Part shown: one piece after another, positions 39,993 to 53,087 of the stretch
Numbering within the stretch: position 1 is the stretch's first letter
How the letters are laid out: each line of letters opens with the position of its first letter
Assembly: GCA_034780895.1 (NCBI GenBank)
Contig: JAUZTB010000087.1
Location: 30,095,374 to 30,159,373 of the forward strand
Reading direction: 5' to 3'
DNA from: Rhynchobatus australiae
Lineage: Eukaryota
Length of the DNA stretch: 64,000 nucleotides
Notes under the pieces: generated by a model
What the model was told of the DNA's origin: nothing
Seen by the model: the letters and a program-made list of their open reading frames with translations, nothing else
The model's database searches: none
Translations under genes and position numbers: made by a program

Positions 39993-41380
39993 TAAGGAAC
40001 AAAAAAATTAAAGTATTTTATAGCATCAAAAGAAAAAGAGCCACAAAGAGGCAGTCAGGATAAAATCAAGCAGTGATGGAGAAAAGACAAAAATATTAAA
40101 TTATTCCTTTAGTATTTACCAGGGAGTTAAGTCAGATGGATATGATGCAAAGCACATATAAAATAATGAGAAGAAATATTAAACAACTAATCAAATTCAG
40201 AGGATAAACCCTGAGTCTGGGTGGATTATTTACTTTAATTTTAAAAGAATACAGGGATGAATGGACATTAATTCATCAGAAAATAGGAAGTACCAGGGGA
40301 CCTTACTTCTCCATTACATTTGATGGCATGAATATTGCCAGATACACATTGCAAGGGAGTCAATATATACCAGAGACTTAATTGGACCAGTCACATAAAA
40401 TAGATAGCTACGGGAATAGATCAGAGGCTGCTTATTCTGTACCAAGTCACTCACCTCCAAATTTCTCTCAGCTTTTCCATTATGTACAAAGCAAAGACAG
40501 GAGTATGATAGAATACTCTCCAATAGCTTTGGTGAAAAGATTAAAGAGCAAACTTCAGACAGGATCTTGTAAGGGCTCTGTCTAATTGAAACAATATTTT
40601 ATCCTTTTTGTATTTTTTAAATGACGACCATCCTTGTAGTCTTTGGATTATTTTATATCCATGCCCTAGATTTTAGTAATTTATATACCTAGATATTTAA
40701 ATTCCATTGCTCTCCCTAATGTGTCAGAATCTTTTTAACTCATGCTCCAGCTTAATGCTTTTGAGCTGTAGTGACTCAAGATATAAAAGTTTCTCAAGTT
40801 TAATCAAGATCAGTCCACAAATCCTCATATTCTACAGTCCTAACACACTACCCAGGCTGCCATTATCTGCTCTATACTTATTTTATGGTCGTTATTTACC
40901 TCAATTTTTATCAGAGTAATATAATCTCGCTTTCATTTGTTATGACATTTTAGTACACTTACCTGTTGTATTTACATAAAACTGAACTTTCTTTTGGGCT
41001 TGCACTTTGTACTCAGTTTAAAAAAATTAGTCACCTCAATCTCTTATTCCTCAGATTTGACCAATGCAGAGAAAGGAGCAGATATGGTATAACTTTTCAG
41101 ATTCTTCACTATATTTGTTTCAGTTCTGCCATCACTTTGATATGCTGTGATCTTTTTAAGTAGCCTTACAGGGTATGTTCAGACCTGTCATGCATTTGCT
41201 GAATTTTGCAGTTATTATGTCCAGGATAAAATATGGCAATAGAGGAGATTGAGATGATAAAACCATTATAGTTATAATAGTAATTGTCTGCACTAAAGAT
41301 GATTTTTAAAAAAAAGTCACAACGTGAAATTAATATTATGGAGACTTAAATAGAAGGCAGAATCAGCATCAGGTACTTAC

Positions 41381-41438
41381 CTGTAGTGCCAGAACCAGGG
41401 CGAAGAGCCCCCACTTTTTGACAAAGAAATTATTTTTG
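41381..41438 (-). ncRNA. Candidate 58-nt exon of a minus-strand spliced transcript (lncRNA or micropeptide)
   Basis: Acceptor 'gcattttcctgtag|' and consensus donor 'CAG|gtaagt'; open in frame with the 44918-45020 exon. Confidence 0.6.
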
Positions 41439-44239
41439 CTACAGGAAAATGCAATCACATTTAAATCATTTGTTAAATATAACTTTATTATTTTTAGCAG
41501 TTATCATTTGCAATATATTTTAATAATCTTTCTCAGTACTGTCCACTGTTTTGTGGATTTTCCACCCCCGCACCACCCCTCCCAATAATGATCCCAACTC
41601 TCCCCATCCAACTTTTAGATCCTGCCACTTTTGGTGCTTGCAAATCAGATTAGATTGGTGATATAGCTGTTTTTAATGTGCATACATTTAGTATATGCCT
41701 GATTATCATGTAAAATATTAAAAATGCACAGCATATTTTTATAAAACTGTGCTAAATGCTTTGAGGTCACATACCTTAGGAAGTATTCATCTCTCAAGAT
41801 CATTCCTTCTAACACGTAGACCCCATGTCAGGTGGTGTCTGAATGAATCTGAGAGAGTCTGGTTCAAAAAAAACTAGATGCAGATGTGACTAGTAAACCC
41901 TTTCAACCACACGCATTACTTTTACTACAAAATGCTTTATATGTAAGTATAGGTATACCATGTAAATATTTAGTTAAGAAATGACTACCACTGTTCTGTA
42001 GGAAATTCGAGTCTCTCTTTTTAAATGAGATTTGGAACTTGGCATGAAATCAGTCAAACACATTCCAGTGATATTTGTAAACTTTTGTCCAGCAGCTGTA
42101 GGCAATACTTTCGACATCATCAATGATTTGTGCAAGATGTGCTAGACTGGCCACTAACATCCATCTAAACAGTGGTTGGATGCTGCTTGCACTGTAAAGC
42201 TAGTTGTTGGGAGTTGGGTTTCCAGGCTTGAGCAATTATTCTGTTCATCAGCCTCCTAGTGTTCTAGAGTGCCAAAGTTAGACATTTCTACTCTTGTTAC
42301 ACATCAAGGAAGGGAAGGGCACAAAACAGTCAAACAACAAACAAGCTTTTCATTAGCAAACAAACAAAATAGCCCAAAATGCACAATCCACACAAATAGG
42401 AGTACTAAGTGCCAAAGTTGTAAGATTTAAGGCAGAGAGCAACAGATTTTTAGATATTGAGGGAATCAAGGGGTATGAGGTGAGTGAACGAAAGTGATGT
42501 TGAGCAGGAACAGTGAAAAAATTGCAGCTAATCAATTCAAGAACACACATTTAATACACAAAAAAGAATTNNNNNNNNNNNNNNNNNNNNNNNNNNNNNN
42601 NNNNNNNNNNNNNNNNNNNNNNNNNNNNNNNNNNNNNNNNNNNNNNNNNNNNNNNNNNNNNNNNNNNNNNCAAAATTATATTTAGTTCTATGAAAATTTA
42701 ATGGATTCAGCTACATTAATCATGTAGGATATTTTCTAAGTACAGTGAGGTTTCTAGGCTGTAAGTTTAATTTTTGTTAAAACAATCAATCTGTTTTTCC
42801 TCATACAAAGAACGAACATTTTTTTTCTTATTGCACTATATATCAAATGAAAAGTTTCTGAAAATGTTCCACAAATCTAAATTGTAGCAGTGACAAAAAT
42901 AAAAGCAGGAATAATAAGTCATTTAGTCTGCATTTTTTCCCAAAGACTTTGATTCAAGAACACTAAGCAATCTTTTGAGTCTTTCACATACAATTATCGA
43001 GTTAAACATCCTCCTCCAGAGTATAGACTGAAACAGCTGCTTCACTGTAAGCTTAATGTAAGTTACTGCAGTAACATAAACTTATGGCAGGAAGTGCTGA
43101 CCCATGTATTTGCCAGGATAGTCAAACAGAAACATTTATTTTTTTCCGAGAAGAGGAAAAGAAATAAGAGTATTGATGCTACAAGCAAAAGGATTAACCT
43201 TTTGAGTACTGAATTTCATGCCACTTTTCATTTGGCTCTGCTTCCCATCACCCAATATCTATAAGGCCATCAGTCGCTTGAACAGTCAGAAATCTGAAGA
43301 CTAACAACAATGAAAGAAAGGCTATAAAACTTCCTACAATAGGACAATTAAATGACAGATTGGGCGCACCGCCAAATCATACTTTTTTTCCAAGATTTAG
43401 AAGAAACTTAAATCTGGCCTAGAACACGCAAATGCTCCTAACAAAGTCTCACACATTTGGCTTACTTTAAACAAAACTGCCCCATTGCTTGACTGTCACT
43501 GAACCATGCTGTAATGCACAGTTCTTAAAAAAAGATATTGCACCTGCAAACAGAAACAAACAAATCTATTGCACAGTGGTAAATGACCTCACCAAGGTAC
43601 TTGGAATATGCCTTAAAAATCCCTATACATTACCATCATTGTATAACATTGTACAGACATTTACACTCAATAAACAAAATAAGCATAATTTGGCCTGTGA
43701 TTCAGTCTAAGGAATTTTATAATAAGCAATGCACTTAATACATAATCAATAGAAAGCTGTCCTAAATTTTCAAAATGCTGAATTTATAATTGTACTTTAA
43801 ATTTTAATTTGAAAATACATGATTCTTAATAAACAAAAGAGAAAAATATGAGAGCCAACAGTGTGGTGCAAAGTGTTGTTTCAATGAACATTTCTTCAAA
43901 AGTGTCCCTAATTTACTGGCTGGGGTCTAACTTTGCACACACTTAACAAAAAGTAATAACTTCTCTTCAAAAAAAAATCAGAATTGTAACTTTTAAGACT
44001 GCAGTATCCCTCTTTGCTGCCCTGCATCTGTTCAATTTCAATATCATTAAATGTCACCTTTGCTCTACAAAGAGCTTAATTTTGCTTTCTTGAACTTGCA
44101 ATAAGTACTTGGTTTTGCACACTCTATTACAAGTACCTGGACATTTAGAATACACCCACTTGTTTCACTATTTCAAACACACAGGCAATATTCTGAGAAT
44201 TTATAATTTCCCATCTTTTGCTCTCTTCTATAAAATTCA

Positions 44240-44480
44240 CTAAGTCACCTGGGTCATACACTGGCCCTATCTGAGGTCAATGCATGGTTTGCTCCAGGAA
44301 CCACTGCTTTGCCATTGGCTAAGTCCTGGGATATACATGGCCTTACTTGCCTTTCCTCTCTATCCGGAAACCCCAGGTCTCTGCTGCCCTCCTTGCTATA
44401 GGGCAGCTGAGATAAGAGGTTCAGCCAGATGGGACTGGAACCTTTGAGTCACAAATGTGAAGATACAAATACTGGTGCAC
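44240..44480 (-). mobile_element. Possible ancient tRNA-derived SINE remnant
   Basis: Minus strand 'aaggttccagtccc...tatctcagctgccc' resembles a B-box and LF-SINE-like body; higher GC than the flanks. Confidence 0.3.
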
Positions 44481-44917
44481 CAGTGTACTGTGCTACTTCA
44501 CTGCAGAGCAAACTAATTATTAAACAAAAAGTTGTTTTTTTCATATAAAAAATAAATTATAAATGTAAATGAAATAAAGAATATCCTGAGTACCAAACAT
44601 TAAGGGGTTAAAATTTCTTCTGTGAAAACTTTCCTTTAACAGAAATCCAGTCTTCTTACAGTACTCTGAACAGATGTTTTACATTTAATTCTCTGAAGAG
44701 GATGGCAGCCATGTTTATATCGAGCAGTGTGGGAAAATACAAGTAGTTTAACATTTCCAAATCCACTGTACTCAAAGTACTAGAAAATACTGAGGTGGGA
44801 ACTGACTCTTTTGATTTATACCAAATAGTAAAGTCTTGATGCTGGACAACAAGAAGAGATAATGCAGCTTCACTTTTGATATGCATGTGTAGATTTTAGA
44901 AATATTTAAAGTATTAC

Positions 44918-45020
44918 CTTTGCCAAGCAATTCCCAATGTATCGTCACTGGCACTGGGGTATAAATGCCTGCCGTTTTGATTCATGGTCCAGTCACAAAT
45001 CCTCAGCTGTCAATTGAAAC
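44918..45020 (-). ncRNA. Candidate 103-nt exon of the same transcript; contains ACC-ATG at 44985
   Basis: Acceptor 'ctcactgatag|' (weak pyrimidine tract), donor 'AAG|gtaata'; ATG opens MNQNGRHLYPSASDDTLGIAWQ. Confidence 0.6.
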
Positions 45021-46247
45021 CTATCAGTGAGATTGGGTGTCGAGCAGAACTAGACTCCAAGAATACATGCAAAAAATTCACTTCCATTAAGAAAGGCATT
45101 AGTCTGATTAAGATGCAACACAGATTTCAATCAAGAAATATTAGAAAGTCAACCACATTGGTTCAACATTCCAGACAGACAGACAGAGTAAAGGTTAACA
45201 AGAGAAAATGTTCATTTAGTTTGCTTTAAGGAACCATTTAAGTAGCTGGAACTGGCAATTCATTTCTTCCAGTCCAGAAACCCTTTGTGTGGAGCTGTGA
45301 AGTACTGACGTAGGAACCTACACTGATCTTGGATGGCTTTACAGCAGATCCCTCCAGAAATTCTGCTTAGGAGAAATATTTGGGATCATTAATATTCTTG
45401 TGATTAAAATTCATGATTTTTCTGTGAAAGCAGAATCTTCATCAGAATTTTAAGGAAACTTGATTCACTATGAAGTTCTCTACTGAAAATTCAAGTATAT
45501 TTCGATACACAGAGCACATTAAGTGATTCATTTTAGTGTTGTATACGTTTTCAANNNNNNNNNNGTAGATCAACAAAGGAGAGAGTACTTTTATCCAAAT
45601 TTATTTGGAGATAAAGAGCTAAAATTAAACATTCAGTGGTAATTATACATCTAAACACTATGATTTAATATTGATTTGTTTGTATTTTTTAAAATAATAA
45701 TTTCACAATGAAAGATTACAACCAAATCAGCACGATATGCTTATTTTTTTGGATAACATCATTCGTAAAATCTTCCACACATTTGTAAGGGAGTTGATTT
45801 GGTTCAATGATTTTTTGTATCTACTTTCAGTAATATTGCCATGTATAATAATTTGGTGCAAGATGCCAATCAATTTTGAAACATTTATAGATTGATCATA
45901 TCTTTTATTAAACTTAGCTGCAAGTCAAAAAGGTTAAAATATGATTTTTCATCAAATTTACTTTCATTTTGATTCTCATCTCTCAGAGCTGCCCTATAGA
46001 TCCTGAGTCAGGTTGGTAAAATTATATTATATATAAATTTTACTCCTATGGCAGTATCTGTGGGCACATATGTACAAATCTGTTTTTAAATTATACATAA
46101 TTTTTAAATGTTTGACAATCATATTTGTATATTAAAAATCTTGTGCATAGGGATATTCATTTTGTGTGTCACATTTACATTAGAATTGTTTGCATAACAT
46201 TTTGCAATGAGAGCTGTAATGGATTTCATTAAGATCTCAATACTTAC

Positions 46248-46370
46248 CTGCAACACTAAATTGTAATTATCTGGTATGTCACCAGGAGACACTACCTTTT
46301 CCCTACTTTCTTGGGAAACTGAAGAATTTGTCCATTGCTTTCTATTCTCAGTAACTCAAACCTATAATGT
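46248..46370 (-). ncRNA. Candidate 123-nt non-coding exon
   Basis: Acceptor 'ttttattttgcatatttcag|' and consensus donor 'CAG|gtaagt'; stop codons in all three frames. Confidence 0.4.
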
Positions 46371-48839
46371 CTGAAATATGCAAAATAAAATTATTTACTT
46401 ACATGTTTTCTAATAATGAGCAAGTATTCAACTTAAATTTTCTTTAAATAAAAACATTTATTAAAGATATTCAAAAGCATTAGCTCTCCTAAAATCCTGC
46501 AGTTTAACAAATTTTATTTCCAGAACCATGACTCTGTCATTAAAGACATACCAGGCTGTCTGATAGTATGTCCAATTTTCCAGGTTGCACTGGCAGCATT
46601 TAAGTCAGGTGAGCCACTGAGACATCCTTCAACATCTACCAACGTCTTGTCAATTGTTTTTCAACATCATTTCAAGAAACATTGGATGATGGAGTGACTT
46701 TTTTTAATTGACAAGAAATGTGCTTCTATGGGAGAGAAATAATAACAAACTATTGTTTACACGACAGTTACAGATTCTTCCTTGCATGTTCAGAAAGTAG
46801 ATCAGCCACCTGGGCTCAAAATTGTTGTTTGCCAAATTTGGTTTTACACAGCAGCAGGTTGAACATCTACCCATATTATCTTTCCTCATCCTAATATGAA
46901 TTGATTTTAAAATAGCTAAATATTAATGCAAATGGAATTACCAATATTATCACTTGACTTTNNNNNNNNNNAGAAACTGCAAACACAATAAGCATTAAAT
47001 GCTGTCATGTAAGGAGGAGATTTTCTCAATTAAATTTGAGTTCTATCAAATGAAAAACATTAAAACTTTAAAATACCAATAGTTATCACCAAAATTTGAT
47101 GAATGATTTGAACATTTACATTTTCTAACAGCAATTAATTAGAAACATAATTAAAAGTTTAGAAACATAATTATAAGTTAAACAGGCACAGAGACACACT
47201 TGTAAAAGATTCATAAAACACTACATTTTATGTCTGCATTAATCTTTTAAAATTTGAAAAATAGTGCTATTACATAAAGCATTCAATAGTACTGTCAGGT
47301 GGACACCAAGAATGACTTCCAAAACTTGTATCCACCTCAAGACGTGCCAGATATTAGGTTAGCCTTCCACAGTTCTACAAACTTGGCTGTCCTGTATATT
47401 TACCCTGGTCCCACCAAACACAAAGCCCCATTTTAATAATAACAATTTTCAGTATCTCCAACTAAGCTTCACCAAACACCACGCCACTTCCTAATACTAC
47501 ATTCTCCAATACTTTCAAAGTGCATTAAATTAATCACATTCTGAAATAAAAATGAAAATGATGAAATCACTGAACCAAGTCATGAAGCATCAGTGGAAAA
47601 AGGAAATAATATTGGATGCTAATTCAGCCTCAGGCCTGAAATATTAACCTTTTTTCTTCTTTTCTGTTCTGAGCATGCACAGCATTTGCTAAATGCAGAA
47701 ACGTCCAAGAAATATAACTCAACAATTGGGTGTTTCCAAATGTCCAATATCAACCTACAACTGGTGCCATTGTGAGCTGTGTATTCTCAAGTTTGAAACA
47801 TTTAAAGATATAAATTAAATGCTATTATAATAAAGGAAATCCATTTATGATTTTCATAGAATAGTGAACAATGTTCCGGAGAGCTTTGGAGTTTAATCAT
47901 CAATACACGAGTAAAGATCGCTATCAATAATGTTTTAAAGATATCATTTGTTTCAGTCACTTGTCAGCTTTGATGGGTTTATTCCCATTACCAATTAAAG
48001 CAGAATATAAAGGAAACACACATCTTAGTACATTTTATAAGAGTATACCTAATGATATAAACTGATTGTAAAAATCAAACCTCATCTCTATCTCTTTTAA
48101 ATTGGCATTCAAATTGTTTTTGATATTACTAGTTTTTTAAAGCAAGTCCTATACAGTCCTCATTTTGCTCAATTATATTGAATTGCGGTATTGCTACAAC
48201 ATGTAATCTTTAACCCATTTTGTAGTTTTTCATTTTTTTGAATAATGTATTTTAAAATGGCCAAACTTGTATTCAGGGCCAAGTTTAGTATTACTTTCCC
48301 CTTAAGAGTATAAGGCGCTTTAGACATCTTAATCATACAATAAAGGTTGTGCAAAATTGGAGATTAAAATCTGAAATTATGTAAGTATTCACCATTGGTC
48401 ATATATTACTTCTCACCACTCTTATAATAAGGTTATATGTAAATCAAGGGCCAGGGCAATGTGCATTAAAGATTGTTTAAATTATCTGACCTTACAAATA
48501 GGTACAAAATCATAAAAATTCAGATGTCAGCACTTAAAGGTATCATTCAATACGTCTACACAAGCCAAATGTGAAACTAATTGCACTATCCCACTTTCTC
48601 CCTATAGCCTTACACATTCCTCCATCTCAAATATTTACTTAATTTCCCTTAAAAACAAAGGTTTCTGTCTCAGTGACTTGCTTTACCAAAGTGCGGTCAC
48701 TCCTAAAACCCTTAGAACAAAGACATTTCTCCTCTCTACTCTCATAGTGGTAACAAAATTGGCAATTGCTCAGCACTAGATCCTTACAAGTAAGTGACCT
48801 TAATCCTTTTGTTCAATCAATNNNNNNNNNNNNNNNGAG

Positions 48840-49030
48840 AACTATCAAGTAAAATCTGACAATGAGCTACATTAGGGGATATTAGACGCATAACCAATAA
48901 TTTGTCAAAGAGGCAGGTTTTAGGTGGTACCTTGAAAGCAGGAGAGAGTTGAGAGGCTGCAAACTTTTGGGGTGATACTTCAGTGGAGAGATTAAACTGG
49001 AGGATCAAGTGGCCAGAAACTGACACAGTA
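48840..49030 (-). mobile_element. L2-type LINE 3' fragment
   Basis: 'PAFKVPPKTCLFDK' resembles the L2 C-terminal FK.LLKT.LF motif. Confidence 0.6.
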
Positions 49031-50304
49031 CAACATCATAATTTTTAAAAGCTTGATCAACTTTCAACATACTTTGCTCCAACTGTATTTCACAGTTCTT
49101 ATGTCGTAACTATGTTTCTGAAGAATTAATGCTGAATTGATACTCAAAGTTTAATAACTTTCTATAATTAGGTCGAACAAAACTGCACCTGGCATTCTGT
49201 GGCCTAAACCGGTATTGTCCAATACATGAATCACTCCTCACCTGTGGCTAATTGGGAATCCCACATGCGACTGCACTTTTGATTGTATGCTTTCCTTCAC
49301 TGGTTACTATTTATTTGTTACCTGCCGAAATAAGGTTTAACACAGGTAAACATACCAGACTTCAGAATCATGGAACTAGCAGCAACTTTATACGAGAACC
49401 AAACTATGATTACAGTCAGCTCAGGAGATCGGAATTATCGGCAGAACTCAGTAAAAGCTAAGGTCAACCAAAAGGCAAGTGGCATATAACAGCGTGCATG
49501 GGCGAGTCATCACGTTTAGCAACATAACCGAGGGCATCAAAGCACCGCTTTAAAGCGCAGTGCAAACGTCTCGAAGCCGCTACGAAAAAAGGCTTTAAGC
49601 AAACGAGTTCGCGTCAGAATTCCTGACTTGGTGTAAAAAAAACTGTCAAGTTTTGTTGGATGGCTGTCTATTTGTAAATATAGACACGTAGTATGTGTTA
49701 TTGATAAGTCATTTTCTTGCACAACTAGAGCACGCGCTAAACTAATGTAGCTGTTATTACCGATTTAAATCGGACAACACCGACCCTATCGATGCCTCCG
49801 AAAATACTCAGCGCAGTAACATGTGAATGTTCATTAACGATGTAAAATCAACTAATTTGCGGCATTAGAACTATCTGTCCGTTGCTTCACTGGATCGTGC
49901 ATTCAGGAGGGAACACGAACAGAAGGAATCACAGGCGCCAAACAGTTACAGCCAATCGGCAACTCAACGATCTTGTATTTCCATAAATACGTTATTTATA
50001 ATCAAAAGATGATTATCTTTTATAGCTTTTTCTATTAGCACCCGGACTCCAGGGGAGCTATAGATTTGATTCCCTAAATTTCTTCATCCATCTCTTTTCT
50101 TTGGATGCATCTTTTCATTGTATCGTTGCTCCAAAAACACATTTACCACCCGACTGCCCACTCTTGAGTTTCCACATTCCAGGCGACTCTAACATTCGTC
50201 ATCGGTGCTGCCAAGCCTGGGTCATCACATTTCAAGGTTGTGCTCCTTGTACCAAAGCAAGAGTGAGACACGCACCCGAAATATTTTGAACAGGCCTGAT
50301 CTCA

Positions 50305-50745
50305 CTACCTTTAGGAGATTATACTCGGAATAGAGCGGGTACAGCGAAGGTTCACCAAATTGTTTCTCGGGATGGCGGGATTAATGGTTTGAAAAGAGAG
50401 ATTAAGTAAGCTGGGTCTGTACTATCTGGAGTTTAGAAATATGAGAGACCTTATGAAAATGCACAAAGACTTGTGGGGCTTGAGACGACAGATGCAGAGT
50501 TGATATTTCCCTGGGCTAGAATCAGGGGTGGGTTGTGGAAACGGCGATTCAGGACAAATATGGGAAGAAAATTCTTTACCCAGAGAACAATGACTTTAAA
50601 ATTTACTCTCCAAAAAGGCTGCCAGGTCTCAATCATTCAGCATATTGATACAAATTTCGTTACAAATAGAATCATAGGTTGGATGCAGGAAGCAGTGCTG
50701 AATTAAAACATCAGCCATGAATGGCGTACACCTACTTTTATTTTT
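50305..50745 (+). mobile_element. Decayed CR1 3' fragment
   Basis: 'gagcgggtacagcgaaggttcacc' (ERVQRRFT) and 'RFRTNMGRKFFTQR'. Confidence 0.8.
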
Positions 50746-51659
50746 TTCTGCTCTTCTCCATCAATTAAACTAGACCGGGCACTGATCCTTTCGGGCAGAA
50801 CTTCGGTCAGAACTTACGCCATTTTCAAACTGCGGTTGTATTCACGTTAATACACACCGACAGGAGCGCCATCCATAAAGCTGCATTGCCAATACACAAT
50901 TTTTCTGAATCACTAAGAAATCCCACATTTCGTCTGCCTTATTTGCTGAATTTCCTTTTAGAATCCACACCGTAATTTTTCTAACCAACATTTCACGAGA
51001 CGCCTTTCTAAAAATCCGTCTACTAGATTTCGTTTACTTATTCATAAAATCTAAATAGCACCTTTTCCTATTAGCATGAATTTACATTATGCAATTTTAA
51101 GTTCAGATTCATAATATTTTATTCCCTCAAATTCGATAATTTGTGCATCTTTGTCGTGTATATATGTTTTGCTCTCTGAATTATGTTTGGCGAGTTTCCC
51201 ACTGATGTTTCAATTAACTTGGGTCGGACAGATCCCCTCTTCCCAAAGAATTTTTCCTCTTTCTTGTCCCCATTATATGAATCATGATCTGACTCGTAGT
51301 CGCTTTTTTTTCGGTAGTAGCTTTTTCTCACCATCCCGTTCAATTTACTCCCGGAGAGTTAAAAATAATTCCAAAACCTGCTATTGATGACGAAATTATT
51401 TTCTTTTTACCACTACTTTAGTTCGAAACCTACTTCAGCTAGAGGCGGTTCATGGTTTTATGAAATAATCCATTGCTTTCTCAGCGGTGAAACGAAAAGC
51501 CGCCATAAATTCAAACAGCATAAACAAAAAGACACACTGAAGATGTCAAAATAATATGGTTAAGGACAATAGTTGGGGGAGAGCTGTACAGTAATCAGAT
51601 ATAGCCCAGACATGAAGAATGATCCTTGCTCGCTTCTGAGAGGGCATTTCCGTCTAACC

Positions 51660-53087
51660 AGTGAATGAAAATAAAAAAATCCTTGCTAACTGCCGGCTTA
51701 ACATCGACCGTCTTGACTTTTCCACTCCCCTCTCGTGCTCTAACCTACCCTCTTCTGAACTTGCAGCTCTCCATTCACTAAGAATCAACCTTGCAATAGC
51801 CATCAAACCCACTAACATGGTCTGGCAAACTGACCTCTATCTCACAAAGGGCAGGCGTAAGCTCTCAGACACCTCCTCATACATCCTTTTGGATCTGGAC
51901 CTCTCAAATGGAAGATCAGGCCATGGTCTTCCAGACAGTCACTGACCTCAGGAAACCTTCGCTTCACAGCTTGCAGACTTGTGGTGTCCCAATCCTGCAC
52001 AGCCCGCTTCTATCTCCTGTCCAAATTCCACAAGCAAGACTGCCCTGGCAGATTCGTTGTCTCCGTTGTATTTGCTCTAATAAAGACACTTTCCGTACAG
52101 GTGCCACTGAAATGTCTTCCCTCTTCCTGAGCCATGGCTTCGCCTCTACCATTGTTAACAAAGCCCTTGATCATATTCTCGTCCATTTCCTGTGCCTCTG
52201 CTCTCCTCCAAAACAAGGTTAGAATTCCCTGGTCATCTCTTTCCACCCCGCCAGCCTCCACATTCAACAGATCAATCTCCACAATGTCTATCACCTTCAA
52301 AGAGCCTCTTATCATCGGACACATCTTTCCTCTCCTCTCAGCATTTCACAGCAACTGTTCCCTTTATGACTCCCTGGTCCATTCTCCCATTCCCATTAAC
52401 AATCCCCTCCCCCACCTTCTTACAGCACTTTCTCTTATAACCACGGGCGATGAAACACTTGCCCTTTCACCTTTTCCCTTCCCACCACCCAGGGATCCAA
52501 ACAGTCTTTCCAGGTGAAGAAGCGATTCACTTGCACTTCTTCAATCTAGTGTACAACATCTGGTGTTCACGGTATGGTCTCCTCTACGTTGGAGAAACCA
52601 AATGAAGATTGGGTGACCATTTTGCATCTGGTTAAGTCCTGAGCTTCCGCTTGTCTATCAAGTTAATTCTCCATCTCACTTCCACTCTGCCTGTTGGTCT
52701 GTGTCCACCTACATTGTTACAGCGGCCAAAAGCAAGCTTGAGGAATGACACCCCACCTTCCATCTGCACATGTGGCAACCTCTGAACTCAGTTCTACAAC
52801 TTCAGTTAACTTGATTTTTTTTCTGTCTGTGTCAGTCGTCTATCTGTGTTATTAATTCAGCTGGTTTGTTTGTTTATTTCTTTTTCTCTCCGGGGGTGGA
52901 GGACATGCCCATCCTGACCTGCTGGATATGTCTTCCTGCTCGGCATTTCACAACTCCTAACTTCTTTCGTCGGCTCCTTCCCAGTTCTAACCAAATGTCT
53001 TCCACCTGAAATGTTAACTCTGTTTCTCTTCCCACAGATGTGGTCTGACCTACTGTGTATTTCCAGCATTTTCTGTTTTTATTTCAG
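51660..53087 (+). mobile_element. Penelope-like retroelement, internally deleted
   Basis: 'IDRLDFSTPLSCSNL.SSELAALHSLR..IAIKP..VWQTDLY'; GIY-YIG remnant FQVKKRFTCTS..VYNIWCSRYGLLYVGETK at 52508-52625; terminus at 52980-53087. Confidence 0.85.

Noticed and set aside
44990-45020. In-frame TGA upstream of the micro-ORF (FN*QLRICDWT-M) as selenocysteine or readthrough
   Set aside because: No CxxU-type motif, no SECIS identified and no supported upstream open frame.
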